From assembly GCA_051251915.1 (NCBI GenBank), contig JBPOGF010000001.1, forward strand, positions 367,451 to 431,450: a stretch of DNA of 64,000 bases. Direction: 5' to 3'. Positions 38,065-47,236 of the stretch are shown here, in pieces. The stretch's first letter is position 1. Each line of letters starts with the position of its first letter. Position numbers and translations under genes: made by a program. The notes beneath the pieces were generated by a model. It was not told the origin of the DNA and did no database searches. It worked only from the letters and a program-made list of their open reading frames with translations. This DNA is from Akkermansiaceae bacterium. GTDB lineage: Bacteria > Verrucomicrobiota > Verrucomicrobiia > Verrucomicrobiales > Akkermansiaceae.

Positions 38065-38468
38065 GTTGTCTTTTTGTTATTTGGTTTGAAGCCAAGCTAG
38101 TTTTAGTTGCTTTTATGTCACTGACAGCCGAGATATAACTTGCTGTGAGAGTGAATCGCTTCGATGCATTTGGAGAAATGGTTCTGAGTAGAACGGATCC
38201 GTGCTTGGCTTTTATTTATCGAGCGATAAAAAGGTCATGCACACAGAGGCCTATAAATGGCAAGCACTTATTGGGGGGAATTGTGAATAAGTTTACGACT
38301 GCGCTGAAGTATTATAGATTCATTGCAAATGATTGAAATTCTGTGATCTGAGGGTTGTTTTATAAGAAATCTATGTTTATGTTCCGCAGGTATTCAGCAA
38401 GTAGCTTTCACGTGTTATTCGAACGATAACAAACCATTCATTATTAAATCATTACAATTATTACCTAG

Positions 38469-39401
38469 ATGAAGTCATCATTCTTTTCTTTTTCCTTAGT
38501 ATCAGCAACATTGATCAGTCTGATTTTTTCTTCATTCGCCTCGTTGGCATCGGCTCAGGAAAGTTACCTAGTCATGGAGCGTCATTCGAAGCGTGTGCTC
38601 TTGGCTGCGAATTCGGAGCAGACGGTGACTACGGGAAGCTTTAGCCAACTGGCAACTGCGAAGGTTGTGCTTGATTGGTCTAAGTTATCAGGAACTCCTC
38701 TTTCTACGATGATGGTGGTTCCTGCTGGGATATCTAATTCTGGTTTGGGAAATGCGTTGAATCTGCAGACTGGCGATCAGATTTCGATGCGTGATGCGTT
38801 GTATACATTGTCACTCAATCAAGATAAGGCGAGTGCGCTTGTGCTTGGGGAGTTTGTGGGTAGACATTTATTAGCTAAGCGAGGTAGGGGGGGGAACCCA
38901 TACACTGCATTTACTCAGGAGATGAATAATCTAGCGGCTCATCTGAATATGAGATCAACTCAATTTAAGAGTCCTGCTGGTGGTCTGGGTAAGACGAAAA
39001 TCTCTGATCTGGCGAAGCTGGCTAGCTATGCATTGCAAACGAATGGTTATGAATTCTACATGAAGCAGAAGAGCAGGTCAGTGACTGTGAAGAGAGTTTC
39101 TGGTGCTTCTCAATCATTGAGGCTAACTAGCTCAAATGGTCTGTTAGGGACGATGTCTATTGGTGGGTTGATGGTTGAGGGAACTAACGCGGTTATTTCT
39201 GCGGATAAGAAGAACGTTGTAAGAAAGCTGGCTGATGGGAGAGCTGAGATTACGCCTAGGCAATTAGTGGTGGTGATCTTTGGTTCAGTGAATAGAGATG
39301 CTAGAGCGAAGCAGTTGATTGCATCTGGTTGGCAGATCTATGAGGGGTGGAGGGCTCAGGGGTTTCCAAGAAGCGCTACTGGGAAAGAGTTTTTGAAGTA
39401 G
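38469..39401 (+). CDS. Exported peptidase S11 (D-Ala-D-Ala carboxypeptidase)-like protein, catalytic motifs degenerate
   Basis: Signal peptide; GDQISMRDALY, F..EMN.LA..L.M..T.F..P.G and DLAKLA.YAL landmarks of the S11 fold; SxxK, SxN and KTG not intact. Confidence 0.75.
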   Translation: MKSSFFSFSLVSATLISLIFSSFASLASAQESYLVMERHSKRVLLAANSEQTVTTGSFSQLATAKVVLDWSKLSGTPLSTMMVVPAGISNSGLGNALNLQTGDQISMRDALYTLSLNQDKASALVLGEFVGRHLLAKRGRGGNPYTAFTQEMNNLAAHLNMRSTQFKSPAGGLGKTKISDLAKLASYALQTNGYEFYMKQKSRSVTVKRVSGASQSLRLTSSNGLLGTMSIGGLMVEGTNAVISADKKNVVRKLADGRAEITPRQLVVVIFGSVNRDARAKQLIASGWQIYEGWRAQGFPRSATGKEFLK

Positions 39402-39498
39402 GTTTGCCTTAATTGAAGTAGGTTTGTTTGTAGGTTTTTACGGTGGATTTTTGATTAATATTGACGGCAATGTTAGTGTTTCATAGTGTGTTATAACT

Positions 39499-40374
39499 AT
39501 GAAATACTCCTTCTTAATTACATCAATACTATGTTCATCTGTTCATGCCGCGATACAGTATAATTTGAATGTAGAAATTATTCAAGTTAGAGATGATGCT
39601 GGCGCAAATGCTACTCTTCTTGATCCATCTGGTTCCGGAGACGGATACCTTTATCAGTCTCAAGTAAATGATATTTGGAGCCAAGCAGGGATTCAGGTGA
39701 CATTTACTAATAGCACTTGGGATAATACTGAGGCTCTGCGTCTTGACTCTACCGAGCGTAGTGCGGTCTATAGTAACTCTTTTGCTACGGGTTCGGGTTC
39801 GCCAATACCAGGAATCGGTGTGGATACGCTTCAAATTTTCTTTGTGATGGATCACCCAGGTACTGGGTATGATGGTAGTGCAGGTTCAGGATGGGTAGGG
39901 ACACCTCTTGCTGATCCAAGTACGAGTGCTCGGAATGCGGGAAATGCCCAGCTTTATATAAGTGGTACATTCGCTAGTAATGGACGTGCTGTGATGGCAA
40001 ACGAAGGTTTTACTGCAGATTCCTTGTCTGGAACAATTACTCATGAGATAGGGCACGCATTAGGGTTGCGTCACGTAGAAGATGTGAATGGTGGAGCTGG
40101 TGCTGGGACTACTCAGGATCCTACTTTCAGTATTGGAACATCAACTGCCAATTTGATGTGGGGAGCGGGTAATGGACCGGCTTACGATGGAGGGCTAACT
40201 CTACAGGAAAATTTTAATCTTACTTCTGATCAGATCGACGCAGCGATTTTCAATGGTCTTGACCTAGATCCGGACGGGAATGGAACTGGTGTTCTGCAAG
40301 CAGTTCCTGAGCCTTCTTCTACTTTCTTGATGGGGCTTGGTGGACTGGCTCTTCTTGTAAGAAGAAGGTCATAA
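39499..40374 (+). CDS. PEP-CTERM-anchored metzincin-type zinc metalloprotease-like protein
   Basis: Signal peptide; HEIGHALGLRH; NLM Met-turn; VPEPSSTFLMGLGGLALLVRRRS. Confidence 0.9.
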   Translation: MKYSFLITSILCSSVHAAIQYNLNVEIIQVRDDAGANATLLDPSGSGDGYLYQSQVNDIWSQAGIQVTFTNSTWDNTEALRLDSTERSAVYSNSFATGSGSPIPGIGVDTLQIFFVMDHPGTGYDGSAGSGWVGTPLADPSTSARNAGNAQLYISGTFASNGRAVMANEGFTADSLSGTITHEIGHALGLRHVEDVNGGAGAGTTQDPTFSIGTSTANLMWGAGNGPAYDGGLTLQENFNLTSDQIDAAIFNGLDLDPDGNGTGVLQAVPEPSSTFLMGLGGLALLVRRRS

Positions 40375-40405
40375 GCTACTGAACAAAGTAGAAATTTATA
40401 AATTA

Positions 40406-40443
40406 CTCTGGTTTCTCGTTTTGAGATTCTGGAGTTTTTTTTA
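40406..40443 (+). terminator. Probable intrinsic terminator
   Basis: Imperfect stem actc...gagt followed by a T-run. Confidence 0.5.
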
Positions 40444-40543
40444 TGGGGGGATGTGTGAAGGTGCAGAGTAGTTAGAATAGTTGAGTCTGTTTAGTTAATG
40501 GTGGTAATGTTGTAGGGGGCATAATAGAGGTTATTCACGAGAT

Positions 40544-41116
40544 ATGAAATATGAGACTAAGGAAATAGGTGGTGTGGGGTATGCGTTGTTGGATCTGGAT
40601 CAGCGGGCGGTGGAGTTGAAGGTGATGGAGGATATGGATGCTGGGGTGGATGTTTATTATGATCGGCGGTGGGAGGTGACGGGGTTGTTGGCTGAGTGGC
40701 TGGAGGGGAATCATGGGGTGTATGCGGGGAAGCGGGTGTTGGTGTTGGGTGCTGGTGTGGGGATAGAGACGGCAGTGTTGGGGAGATTGGCAGGGAGTTT
40801 GTTTATTAATGATTTGTCGGCGACGGCGTTGGAGTTGTGTGGTGGGCAGTTGCGGGAGAACGGGGTGGATGATTTTGGGGTTTTATTAGGGAGGTATGAG
40901 GAGATTGATTTGCCGGAGGTGGATTTGATAGTGGCGAGTTTTTTGGTTTATAATAAGGAGACGCTGAGGGCGATGCGGGCGTTTATGGAAGAGAATGGGT
41001 GTGATTTCATTTTGATGAATGAGAATTTACCGGATTTTATGAAGTGTTTACGGGAGCTGGATCATGAGGTGATTTTTGAGGAGGAGGGGGCGATGTGTGT
41101 ATTGTTTAAACGGTGA
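40544..41116 (+). CDS. Class I SAM-dependent methyltransferase (lysine/nicotinamide N-methyltransferase-like)
   Basis: W....LAEWL, GKRVLVLGAGVG, DLIVASFLVY. Confidence 0.8.
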   Translation: MKYETKEIGGVGYALLDLDQRAVELKVMEDMDAGVDVYYDRRWEVTGLLAEWLEGNHGVYAGKRVLVLGAGVGIETAVLGRLAGSLFINDLSATALELCGGQLRENGVDDFGVLLGRYEEIDLPEVDLIVASFLVYNKETLRAMRAFMEENGCDFILMNENLPDFMKCLRELDHEVIFEEEGAMCVLFKR

Positions 41117-41161
41117 TATTTGATATTTGTAATTTGAGATTAATCTAATTAGCATAAGGCT

Positions 41162-43108
41162 ATGAAAACGCTGAAAGTATCTGCTGCTTGCTTGAACCAG
41201 ACTCCAATGGACTGGGATGGGAATTTTTCTCGGATAAAGGGGGCGGTGGCTGAGGCTAGGGCTGAGGGGGTGGATGTGTTGTGTTTGCCGGAGTTGGCGA
41301 TTACGGGGTATGGGTGTGAGGATATGTTTTTGGCACCTGATATTTGTGTGAGAGCTGGGGAGATGTTGGCGGAGATTGTGGAGTTGGCGCCTGAGATGGT
41401 GGTGGCTGTGGGGTTGCCGTGGAGGCATCATAATGCGGTGTTCAATGTGGCGGCGGTGATGTGTGGCGGGGATATTTTAGGGTTGTATGCGAAGCAGAAT
41501 TTGGCGGGTGATGGGGTTCATTATGAGCCTCGGTGGTTTAGTGCGTGGCCTGGTGGTGAGGTGGCTATTACTGAGCTTGGTGGTGAGGATGTGTTGATTG
41601 GGGATTTGTTGTTTGAGATTGGTGGGGTGACTATTGGGTTGGAGATATGTGAGGATGCGTGGGTGGCGGATCGGCCGGGGTCACAGATTTGTGCCTATGG
41701 GGTGGATGTTATTTTGAATCCTAGTGCGAGTCATTTTGCGTTTGGTAAGCAGAAGGTGAGGGAGAGGTTTGTGCTGGAGGGGAGTAGGGCGTTTGGTGTG
41801 GCGTATGTGTATGCGAATTTGTTAGGGAATGAGTCTGGCAGGATGGTGTTTGATGGTGGGGCGATGATTGCTAGTTGTGGGGAGCTGATCGCTACGGAGA
41901 AGAGGTTTAGTTACAAGGACTGGACATTGACTACGGCGGTGGTGGATGTGGAGTTGAATCAGACGAAGCAGGCGGCGTCTGCTTCACGGGTGGTGGATGT
42001 GGAAGATCATCCTGGGTTGGTGAGGACTGGGCTGGAGTGGAGGGAGGACGGGGAACTTCCTAGTGCTCAGATAGAGCATAAATTATGGTGTAAAGAGGAG
42101 GAATTTAGTAGGACTGTGGCTTTGGCGTTGTTTGATTATATGCGGAAGAGTTATTCACGTGGGTTTGTGCTGTCACTGAGTGGTGGGGCGGATAGTTCTG
42201 CGGTGGCGTGTCTGGTGAAGCTGAGTTTGGATTTCGCGTTGGCGGAGCTGGGTGAGGATGGAGTGCGGGAGAAGTTGGCTTATTTCGAGTTACCTAAGGA
42301 TACTAAGGACTGGATGAAGGAGTTGTTGGCGTGTGTTTATCAGGCTAGTGATAACAGTGGTGATGAGACTGAGGATTCTGCTGAGAGTTTGGCGGAGTCT
42401 GTGGGGGCGGAGTACCAGAGGTGGAATATTTCTGAGTTAGTGGATGGTTATACGGGGATGGTTAGTGGAGGTATAGGTAGGGATCTTACTTGGGAGGATG
42501 ATGATATTACATTGCAGAATATTCAGGCTCGTGTGAGGGCACCGGGGATCTGGATGTTGACAAATATTCGGAATGGTTTGTTGTTGTCTACTTCTAACAG
42601 GAGTGAGGCGGCGGTGGGTTATGCAACGATGGATGGTGATACTTGTGGTGGGGTGAGTCCTATTGCGGGGATTGATAAGGCGTTTTTGAGGTATTGGTTG
42701 AGTTGGTTGGAAACGAGTGATATGGCGGGGATTGAGCCGATTCCAGCATTGAGCAAAGTGAATGCGTTGCAACCTACTGCGGAGTTGCGCCCTGAGGAGT
42801 ATGATCAGACTGATGAGTCTGATTTGATGCCGTATCCGATTTTGGATGCGATAGAGAAGGCTGCGATTAGGGATAAGAGGTCACCTAAAGATGTGCTGGC
42901 TTTGATGGTGAAGCGGTTTCCTGACTATGAGGATGTGCGGGTGAAGGCTTGGGTGGTGAAGTTCTTTAAGTTGTGGAGCAGGAACCAATGGAAGCGGGAG
43001 AGGTATGCGCCTTCATTCCATTTGGATGATGAGAATTTAGATCCTAAGACGTGGTGTAGGTTTCCTATTTTATCTGGGAGTTTTACTAGGGAATTAAGTG
43101 AGTTGTAG
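41162..43108 (+). CDS. nadE: Glutamine-dependent NAD+ synthetase
   Basis: Nitrilase domain (LPEL..TGY, YEPRWF, EICEDAW, NPSASHF) plus synthetase domain (LSGGADSS, QNIQARVR, NRSE..VGYATMDGD, PTAEL). Confidence 0.96.
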   Translation: MKTLKVSAACLNQTPMDWDGNFSRIKGAVAEARAEGVDVLCLPELAITGYGCEDMFLAPDICVRAGEMLAEIVELAPEMVVAVGLPWRHHNAVFNVAAVMCGGDILGLYAKQNLAGDGVHYEPRWFSAWPGGEVAITELGGEDVLIGDLLFEIGGVTIGLEICEDAWVADRPGSQICAYGVDVILNPSASHFAFGKQKVRERFVLEGSRAFGVAYVYANLLGNESGRMVFDGGAMIASCGELIATEKRFSYKDWTLTTAVVDVELNQTKQAASASRVVDVEDHPGLVRTGLEWREDGELPSAQIEHKLWCKEEEFSRTVALALFDYMRKSYSRGFVLSLSGGADSSAVACLVKLSLDFALAELGEDGVREKLAYFELPKDTKDWMKELLACVYQASDNSGDETEDSAESLAESVGAEYQRWNISELVDGYTGMVSGGIGRDLTWEDDDITLQNIQARVRAPGIWMLTNIRNGLLLSTSNRSEAAVGYATMDGDTCGGVSPIAGIDKAFLRYWLSWLETSDMAGIEPIPALSKVNALQPTAELRPEEYDQTDESDLMPYPILDAIEKAAIRDKRSPKDVLALMVKRFPDYEDVRVKAWVVKFFKLWSRNQWKRERYAPSFHLDDENLDPKTWCRFPILSGSFTRELSEL

Positions 43109-43160
43109 TTTATTTGGAATAATAAGAGGCGGAGCGTCTCTTAATGGTATAGAATAGAAT

Positions 43161-43703
43161 ATGAGTGAATTTCAAGAATTAGTAGATGCGCATTATCAGC
43201 CGTTGTATCGATTTGCGTATAGTTTAGCGAAGAACCCTGACAAGGCGGCGGATTTAGTGCAGCAGACGTATTGCATATGGGCGCAGAAGGGGGATCAGTT
43301 AAAGGACAGGAGTAAGGCGAAGACGTGGTTATTTACGACGTTGTATCGTGAATTTTTGGCTGGAGCGAGGAGGTCAACTAAGTTTCCTGAAACGGACTTA
43401 GAAGATGCTGAGTATCACTTAGAGTCAAAGGAAGAGGATACAGGGAGAGCGATTGATGCGAAGCGTGCGGTTGCTGTGTTGAATAGCTTGGATGAAACAT
43501 TTAGAGCGCCGTTGGCGTTGTTTTTCTTGCAGCAGCATAGTTATAAGGAAATTGCTAAGGTGTTAGATATACCGATGGGGACTGTGATGTCGCGGATCTC
43601 TAGGGGTAAGGATTTATTAAAGAAGAAAATGAAAGAGAATTTAGAAAAGAATACCAATGTGGTAACAATGAACATGAGTGAAAGGGGAAAGAAAAATGGA
43701 TAA
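43161..43703 (+). CDS. ECF sigma factor
   Basis: LYRFAYSL, AADLVQQT, KTWLFTTL, SYKEIA.VLDIPMGTVMSRISRGK. Confidence 0.95.
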   Translation: MSEFQELVDAHYQPLYRFAYSLAKNPDKAADLVQQTYCIWAQKGDQLKDRSKAKTWLFTTLYREFLAGARRSTKFPETDLEDAEYHLESKEEDTGRAIDAKRAVAVLNSLDETFRAPLALFFLQQHSYKEIAKVLDIPMGTVMSRISRGKDLLKKKMKENLEKNTNVVTMNMSERGKKNG

Positions 43704-44616
43704 ACAACACGCTAAATTTATTTTACAGAGTTACAGACCAGATGGTGCGGATGCGTCAAATCCGGATTTTGCTGAGGCACTAAAGGTAGCTGCGGAAGAC
43801 CGTGAGCTGGGTTCATGGTTGGCTGATGAACGCGCTCATGATGCAGTGTTTGCGGAAGCACTTAGTAGTGTGGATATTCCTGAAGGACTAAGGGATGAAA
43901 TCTTTGCCGTGATGGAGAATGACGGAGGAGGGAAAGATCTCTCATCTGAGCTAGATGCTTTATTTGTAGGGGCGATGGCGCATGTTACTCCTCCTGCTGG
44001 CTTGAGAGATCAGATTATCTCGGCTATGGAAGTAGAGCGTGATTTGGATCAGAAACCTGAGGAGGGCAAGATAGTGAAGTTTCCGATGCGCTGGCTGAAC
44101 TTGGCAGCGGTGGCCGCGGTGTTAGTGCTAGGGGTGACCTTTATTTTACCTGGAGGTGCTGGACCTAAAGCTAGTGTTGATCAGTTAAATCTGGCAGAGT
44201 TGCAGGTGGGATCTGGGAGGTTTCTGAATGCGTCTCATGAAGTCGATATTTCTAACGATTCATTAGAGGGGGTAAACACCTGGCTAGAGCGTGAAGGAAT
44301 GCCTGTGGCTATAACGATGCCAAAGGGGTTGATTTCTTGTGATGTGAAGGGTGGTAAAAAGCTTATTTTGGATAATGGAGTTCAAGCTTCTATGATTCTG
44401 TTTGATAAGAAGGACGCGGGAGAATTTTACCTTATGGTGTTAGATGTAAATTCTATTGAAGATGCTGAGAAGCTGGTGAAAATGTCTGAGGTGAAGTTGA
44501 AGGAATGTTATAGCTGTCCTGTGACACATTTCAATGTGACGACGTGGAAAGATGACACCAAGGCTTATATGCTGCTGACTAAAGCCGAGTCTCAACTGAT
44601 GGACGAGTTGTTTTAA
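43696..44616 (+). CDS. Putative anti-sigma factor (DUF3379-like, single TM)
   Basis: ATG 43696 overlaps the sigma stop; duplicated P.GLRD.I motif; TM WLNLAAVAAVLVLGVTFIL. Confidence 0.78.
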   Translation: MDKQHAKFILQSYRPDGADASNPDFAEALKVAAEDRELGSWLADERAHDAVFAEALSSVDIPEGLRDEIFAVMENDGGGKDLSSELDALFVGAMAHVTPPAGLRDQIISAMEVERDLDQKPEEGKIVKFPMRWLNLAAVAAVLVLGVTFILPGGAGPKASVDQLNLAELQVGSGRFLNASHEVDISNDSLEGVNTWLEREGMPVAITMPKGLISCDVKGGKKLILDNGVQASMILFDKKDAGEFYLMVLDVNSIEDAEKLVKMSEVKLKECYSCPVTHFNVTTWKDDTKAYMLLTKAESQLMDELF

Positions 44617-44625
44617 TGAGGGAGA

Positions 44626-44982
44626 CTATTCCTCAGAGGAATCTTTAGGGAGTGGCTGAGCGAGGACGAATGGGGTGATGACCACCGCTGTGAAGCGGGT
44701 TTGGTCATACTCCCACCAGTCTTCATGAAGGTGAGAGGGCTTCACTAAGTCCGCTGACTTAAGCCAAGCTTGTACTTGGGTTTTATCATCTTTAGTGAAG
44801 GCCTCGGCTACTTCTGTGAGTGTGAGCTCGGGATCTACATAGATCATGGCACCAGTTTTATAGTGCGGTTTGAGGTAGTTCCAGTCCACATCACCAGTGT
44901 ACTTGGCTATTTTATCTCCAGCAGATGCTAGGTCTTCACCTAGAACATCGTACTGGAGTTTTTTGGAGTTTTCTTCTGCCAT
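44626..44982 (-). CDS. DUF2288-like small protein
   Basis: W..L.PH, VDPELTL.EVA.A...DD...V..W, F.AVVI.PFVL.Q pattern. Confidence 0.75.
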   Translation of the reverse strand: MAEENSKKLQYDVLGEDLASAGDKIAKYTGDVDWNYLKPHYKTGAMIYVDPELTLTEVAEAFTKDDKTQVQAWLKSADLVKPSHLHEDWWEYDQTRFTAVVITPFVLAQPLPKDSSEE

Positions 44983-45024
44983 GATAATACCTGTTAGGGA
45001 TATGTTACTGGTTACTCGATTTTA

Positions 45025-46176
45025 CTATAGGTTGGTCCAGGCTGCGTTGTTTTTAGATGAGGCAACGGCGGCTTCGATGAATGCCATTCCGCGGATACCA
45101 TCGTCCATGGATGCGTAGTCATAGCTTGGTTTTTCTTCACCGTTGAGCCTGTCTTTCACGTGTTGACTGAATGCTACGTAGATATTTGCAAATGCTTCTA
45201 AGTATCCTTCTGGGTGCGAAGCTGGTGTGCGTGTGGCATTGGCTGCTGATTCACAGACGTAGTTATTACCTGTTCGATAAATCTGGGTTGGTTGATCGAG
45301 GTGTTTTACGAGGAGTGTGTTTGGCTCATGTTGGTGCCATTCAAGTCCTCCTTTTTCACCATAAATACGGATGTTCAGGTTGTTCTCTTCGCCGACAGAA
45401 ATCTGTGATGCGTGGAGGACCCCTTTGGCTCCGTTGTCAAAACGCAGGAGAATGTTGCCGTCGTCATCTAGTAATCTACCGTCAACGAATGTGGTGAGGT
45501 CTGCGGCGAGTTCTTTGATCTCAAGACCGGTGATGTATTCCGCTAGGTTCTCAGCGTGGGTACCGATGTCACCAATGCAACCAGCAGCTCCTGATCTCTT
45601 AGGGTCAGTTCTCCATTGAGCTTGTTTCATACCGGTGTCTTCTAGCTTGGTAGCGAGGTAGCCCTGTGGGTATTCAACTACGATCTTTCTGATTTTACCG
45701 AGGTCACCGTTTTGGACTAGATGTTTGGCTTGTTTGACCATTGGGTAGCCAGTGTAGGTGTGGGTGAGGCCGTAGATGAGGCCGGTTTTATCGACAATCT
45801 TTTTGAGTTCTATTGCTTCTGCGTGGTCGAGTGTGGCTGGTTTGTCTGAAAGGACGTGGAAGCCAGCTTCGAGGGCTGCTTTAGCGGCGGGGAAGTGGAC
45901 GTGGTTTGGAGTGACGATGACTACGAAATCCATTCTTTCTCCTAGTGGAAGAGCCGCTTCTTTTTCCATCATATCAGCGAAGGAATTATAGCTGCGGTCT
46001 TCTGGTAGATAGAGTTCTTTGCCTGTAGCGCGTGATGTCTCGGGGTTTGATGAGAACGCTCCGCAGACGAGTTCGACTTGTTGATCGATGGATGCAGCGA
46101 TGCGGTGGACTGCGCCGATGAAAGCACCTTGGCCGCCGCCGACCATTCCCATACGAATTTTTCTATGAATACTCAT
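45025..46176 (-). CDS. Gfo/Idh/MocA family NAD-dependent oxidoreductase
   Basis: RMGMVGGG.GAFIG.VHR, IVTPNHVH, HVLSDKP, WRTDP.RSG..G..GDIGTH, HPEGYLEAFANIY. Confidence 0.93.
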   Translation of the reverse strand: MSIHRKIRMGMVGGGQGAFIGAVHRIAASIDQQVELVCGAFSSNPETSRATGKELYLPEDRSYNSFADMMEKEAALPLGERMDFVVIVTPNHVHFPAAKAALEAGFHVLSDKPATLDHAEAIELKKIVDKTGLIYGLTHTYTGYPMVKQAKHLVQNGDLGKIRKIVVEYPQGYLATKLEDTGMKQAQWRTDPKRSGAAGCIGDIGTHAENLAEYITGLEIKELAADLTTFVDGRLLDDDGNILLRFDNGAKGVLHASQISVGEENNLNIRIYGEKGGLEWHQHEPNTLLVKHLDQPTQIYRTGNNYVCESAANATRTPASHPEGYLEAFANIYVAFSQHVKDRLNGEEKPSYDYASMDDGIRGMAFIEAAVASSKNNAAWTNL

Positions 46177-46183
46177 GGTTCAA

Positions 46184-47227
46184 TTATTGGTTGTCGTTAT
46201 CAAATGCGGAGTCGAAGAGTCCGTTATTGTTTGTAGGGAAGTCTAGAGCTTTTACGTAGGCGCAGGATTCTGTGGCACCGTGGAAGCGGTCCATACGAGC
46301 ATCTTCCCATTCTACTGAGAGAGGGCCGCCGTAGTTGGTGTCATTGAGAGCGACGATGATTTCTTCAAAGTTAATGTCGCCTCTTCCGATAGAGCGGAAA
46401 TCCCAGTTTCTGCGTGGATCTGCAAATTCTGTGTGTCCGCCGAATACGCCGACTGATCCGTCACCGTGTCCCCACCATACGTCTTTCATGTGGACGTGGA
46501 AGATGCGGTCTGAGAACTGGTAAATGAATTTCACATAGTCGACACCTTGGTAACCGAAGTGTGATGGGTCGTAGTTGAAGCCGAATCGTTTGTGTCCTTT
46601 GACTGCTTCGATAGCGCGCTCAGCAGATGCGATGTCGAATGCGATTTCTGTAGGGTGTACTTCTAGCCCGAAGTTCACGTCTACTGTTTCGTAGGCATCA
46701 AGAATGCGGGTGAATCTGGTGCCGAAGTCATCAAATCCAGCTTGGAGGTATTCTTGTGAAGTTGGAGGGAATGAGTAGAGGGCATGCCAGATAGATGAGC
46801 CAGTGAATCCGTTGACTACAGCTGGGAAGTTGATGTCTTTTAGGGCGTCAGGCTTGGCGTCCATGAATTTTCTGCATGCTTGACCAGCCTTGATCATGTG
46901 CTCTTCTGAGCGGCGGCGCACACCTTCAGGATCTCCATCACCCCAGACGTCTCCAGGTAGGATTGCTTTGTGGCGGGCATCGATGTTGTCACAGATGGCT
47001 TGGCCTACGAGGTGGTTTGAGATGGCGTAACAGTTGAGTCCATTTTCTTGGAGTAGTGCCCATTTGTCAGAGATGTAAGAAGCATCGTTGAGAGCTTTAT
47101 CTACGTAAAAGTGGTCTCCCCAGCATGCAAGTTCAACTCCGTCATAGCCCATTTCTTTGACTTTAGGAAGAAGTTCAGCGAGCGGTAAATCTGCCCATTG
47201 ACCAGTGAATAGTGTGGTAGGTCTCAT
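46184..47227 (-). CDS. Sugar phosphate isomerase/epimerase family (xylose-isomerase-like TIM barrel)
   Basis: [53 protein letters not shown]. Confidence 0.92.
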   Translation of the reverse strand: MRPTTLFTGQWADLPLAELLPKVKEMGYDGVELACWGDHFYVDKALNDASYISDKWALLQENGLNCYAISNHLVGQAICDNIDARHKAILPGDVWGDGDPEGVRRRSEEHMIKAGQACRKFMDAKPDALKDINFPAVVNGFTGSSIWHALYSFPPTSQEYLQAGFDDFGTRFTRILDAYETVDVNFGLEVHPTEIAFDIASAERAIEAVKGHKRFGFNYDPSHFGYQGVDYVKFIYQFSDRIFHVHMKDVWWGHGDGSVGVFGGHTEFADPRRNWDFRSIGRGDINFEEIIVALNDTNYGGPLSVEWEDARMDRFHGATESCAYVKALDFPTNNNGLFDSAFDNDNQ

Positions 47228-47236
47228 AGTGTAATT

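Noticed and set aside
38145..38336. 63-aa ORF in the RRM upstream region (and 48739-48966, 54199-54565)
   Set aside because: Atypical composition, no motifs, and they overlap probable promoter, leader or repeat DNA.
43116..43140. ECF promoter GGAATA...CGTCT before the third sigma gene
   Set aside because: Spacing looks short and a sigma70-like -10 is also present nearby; too ambiguous to call.
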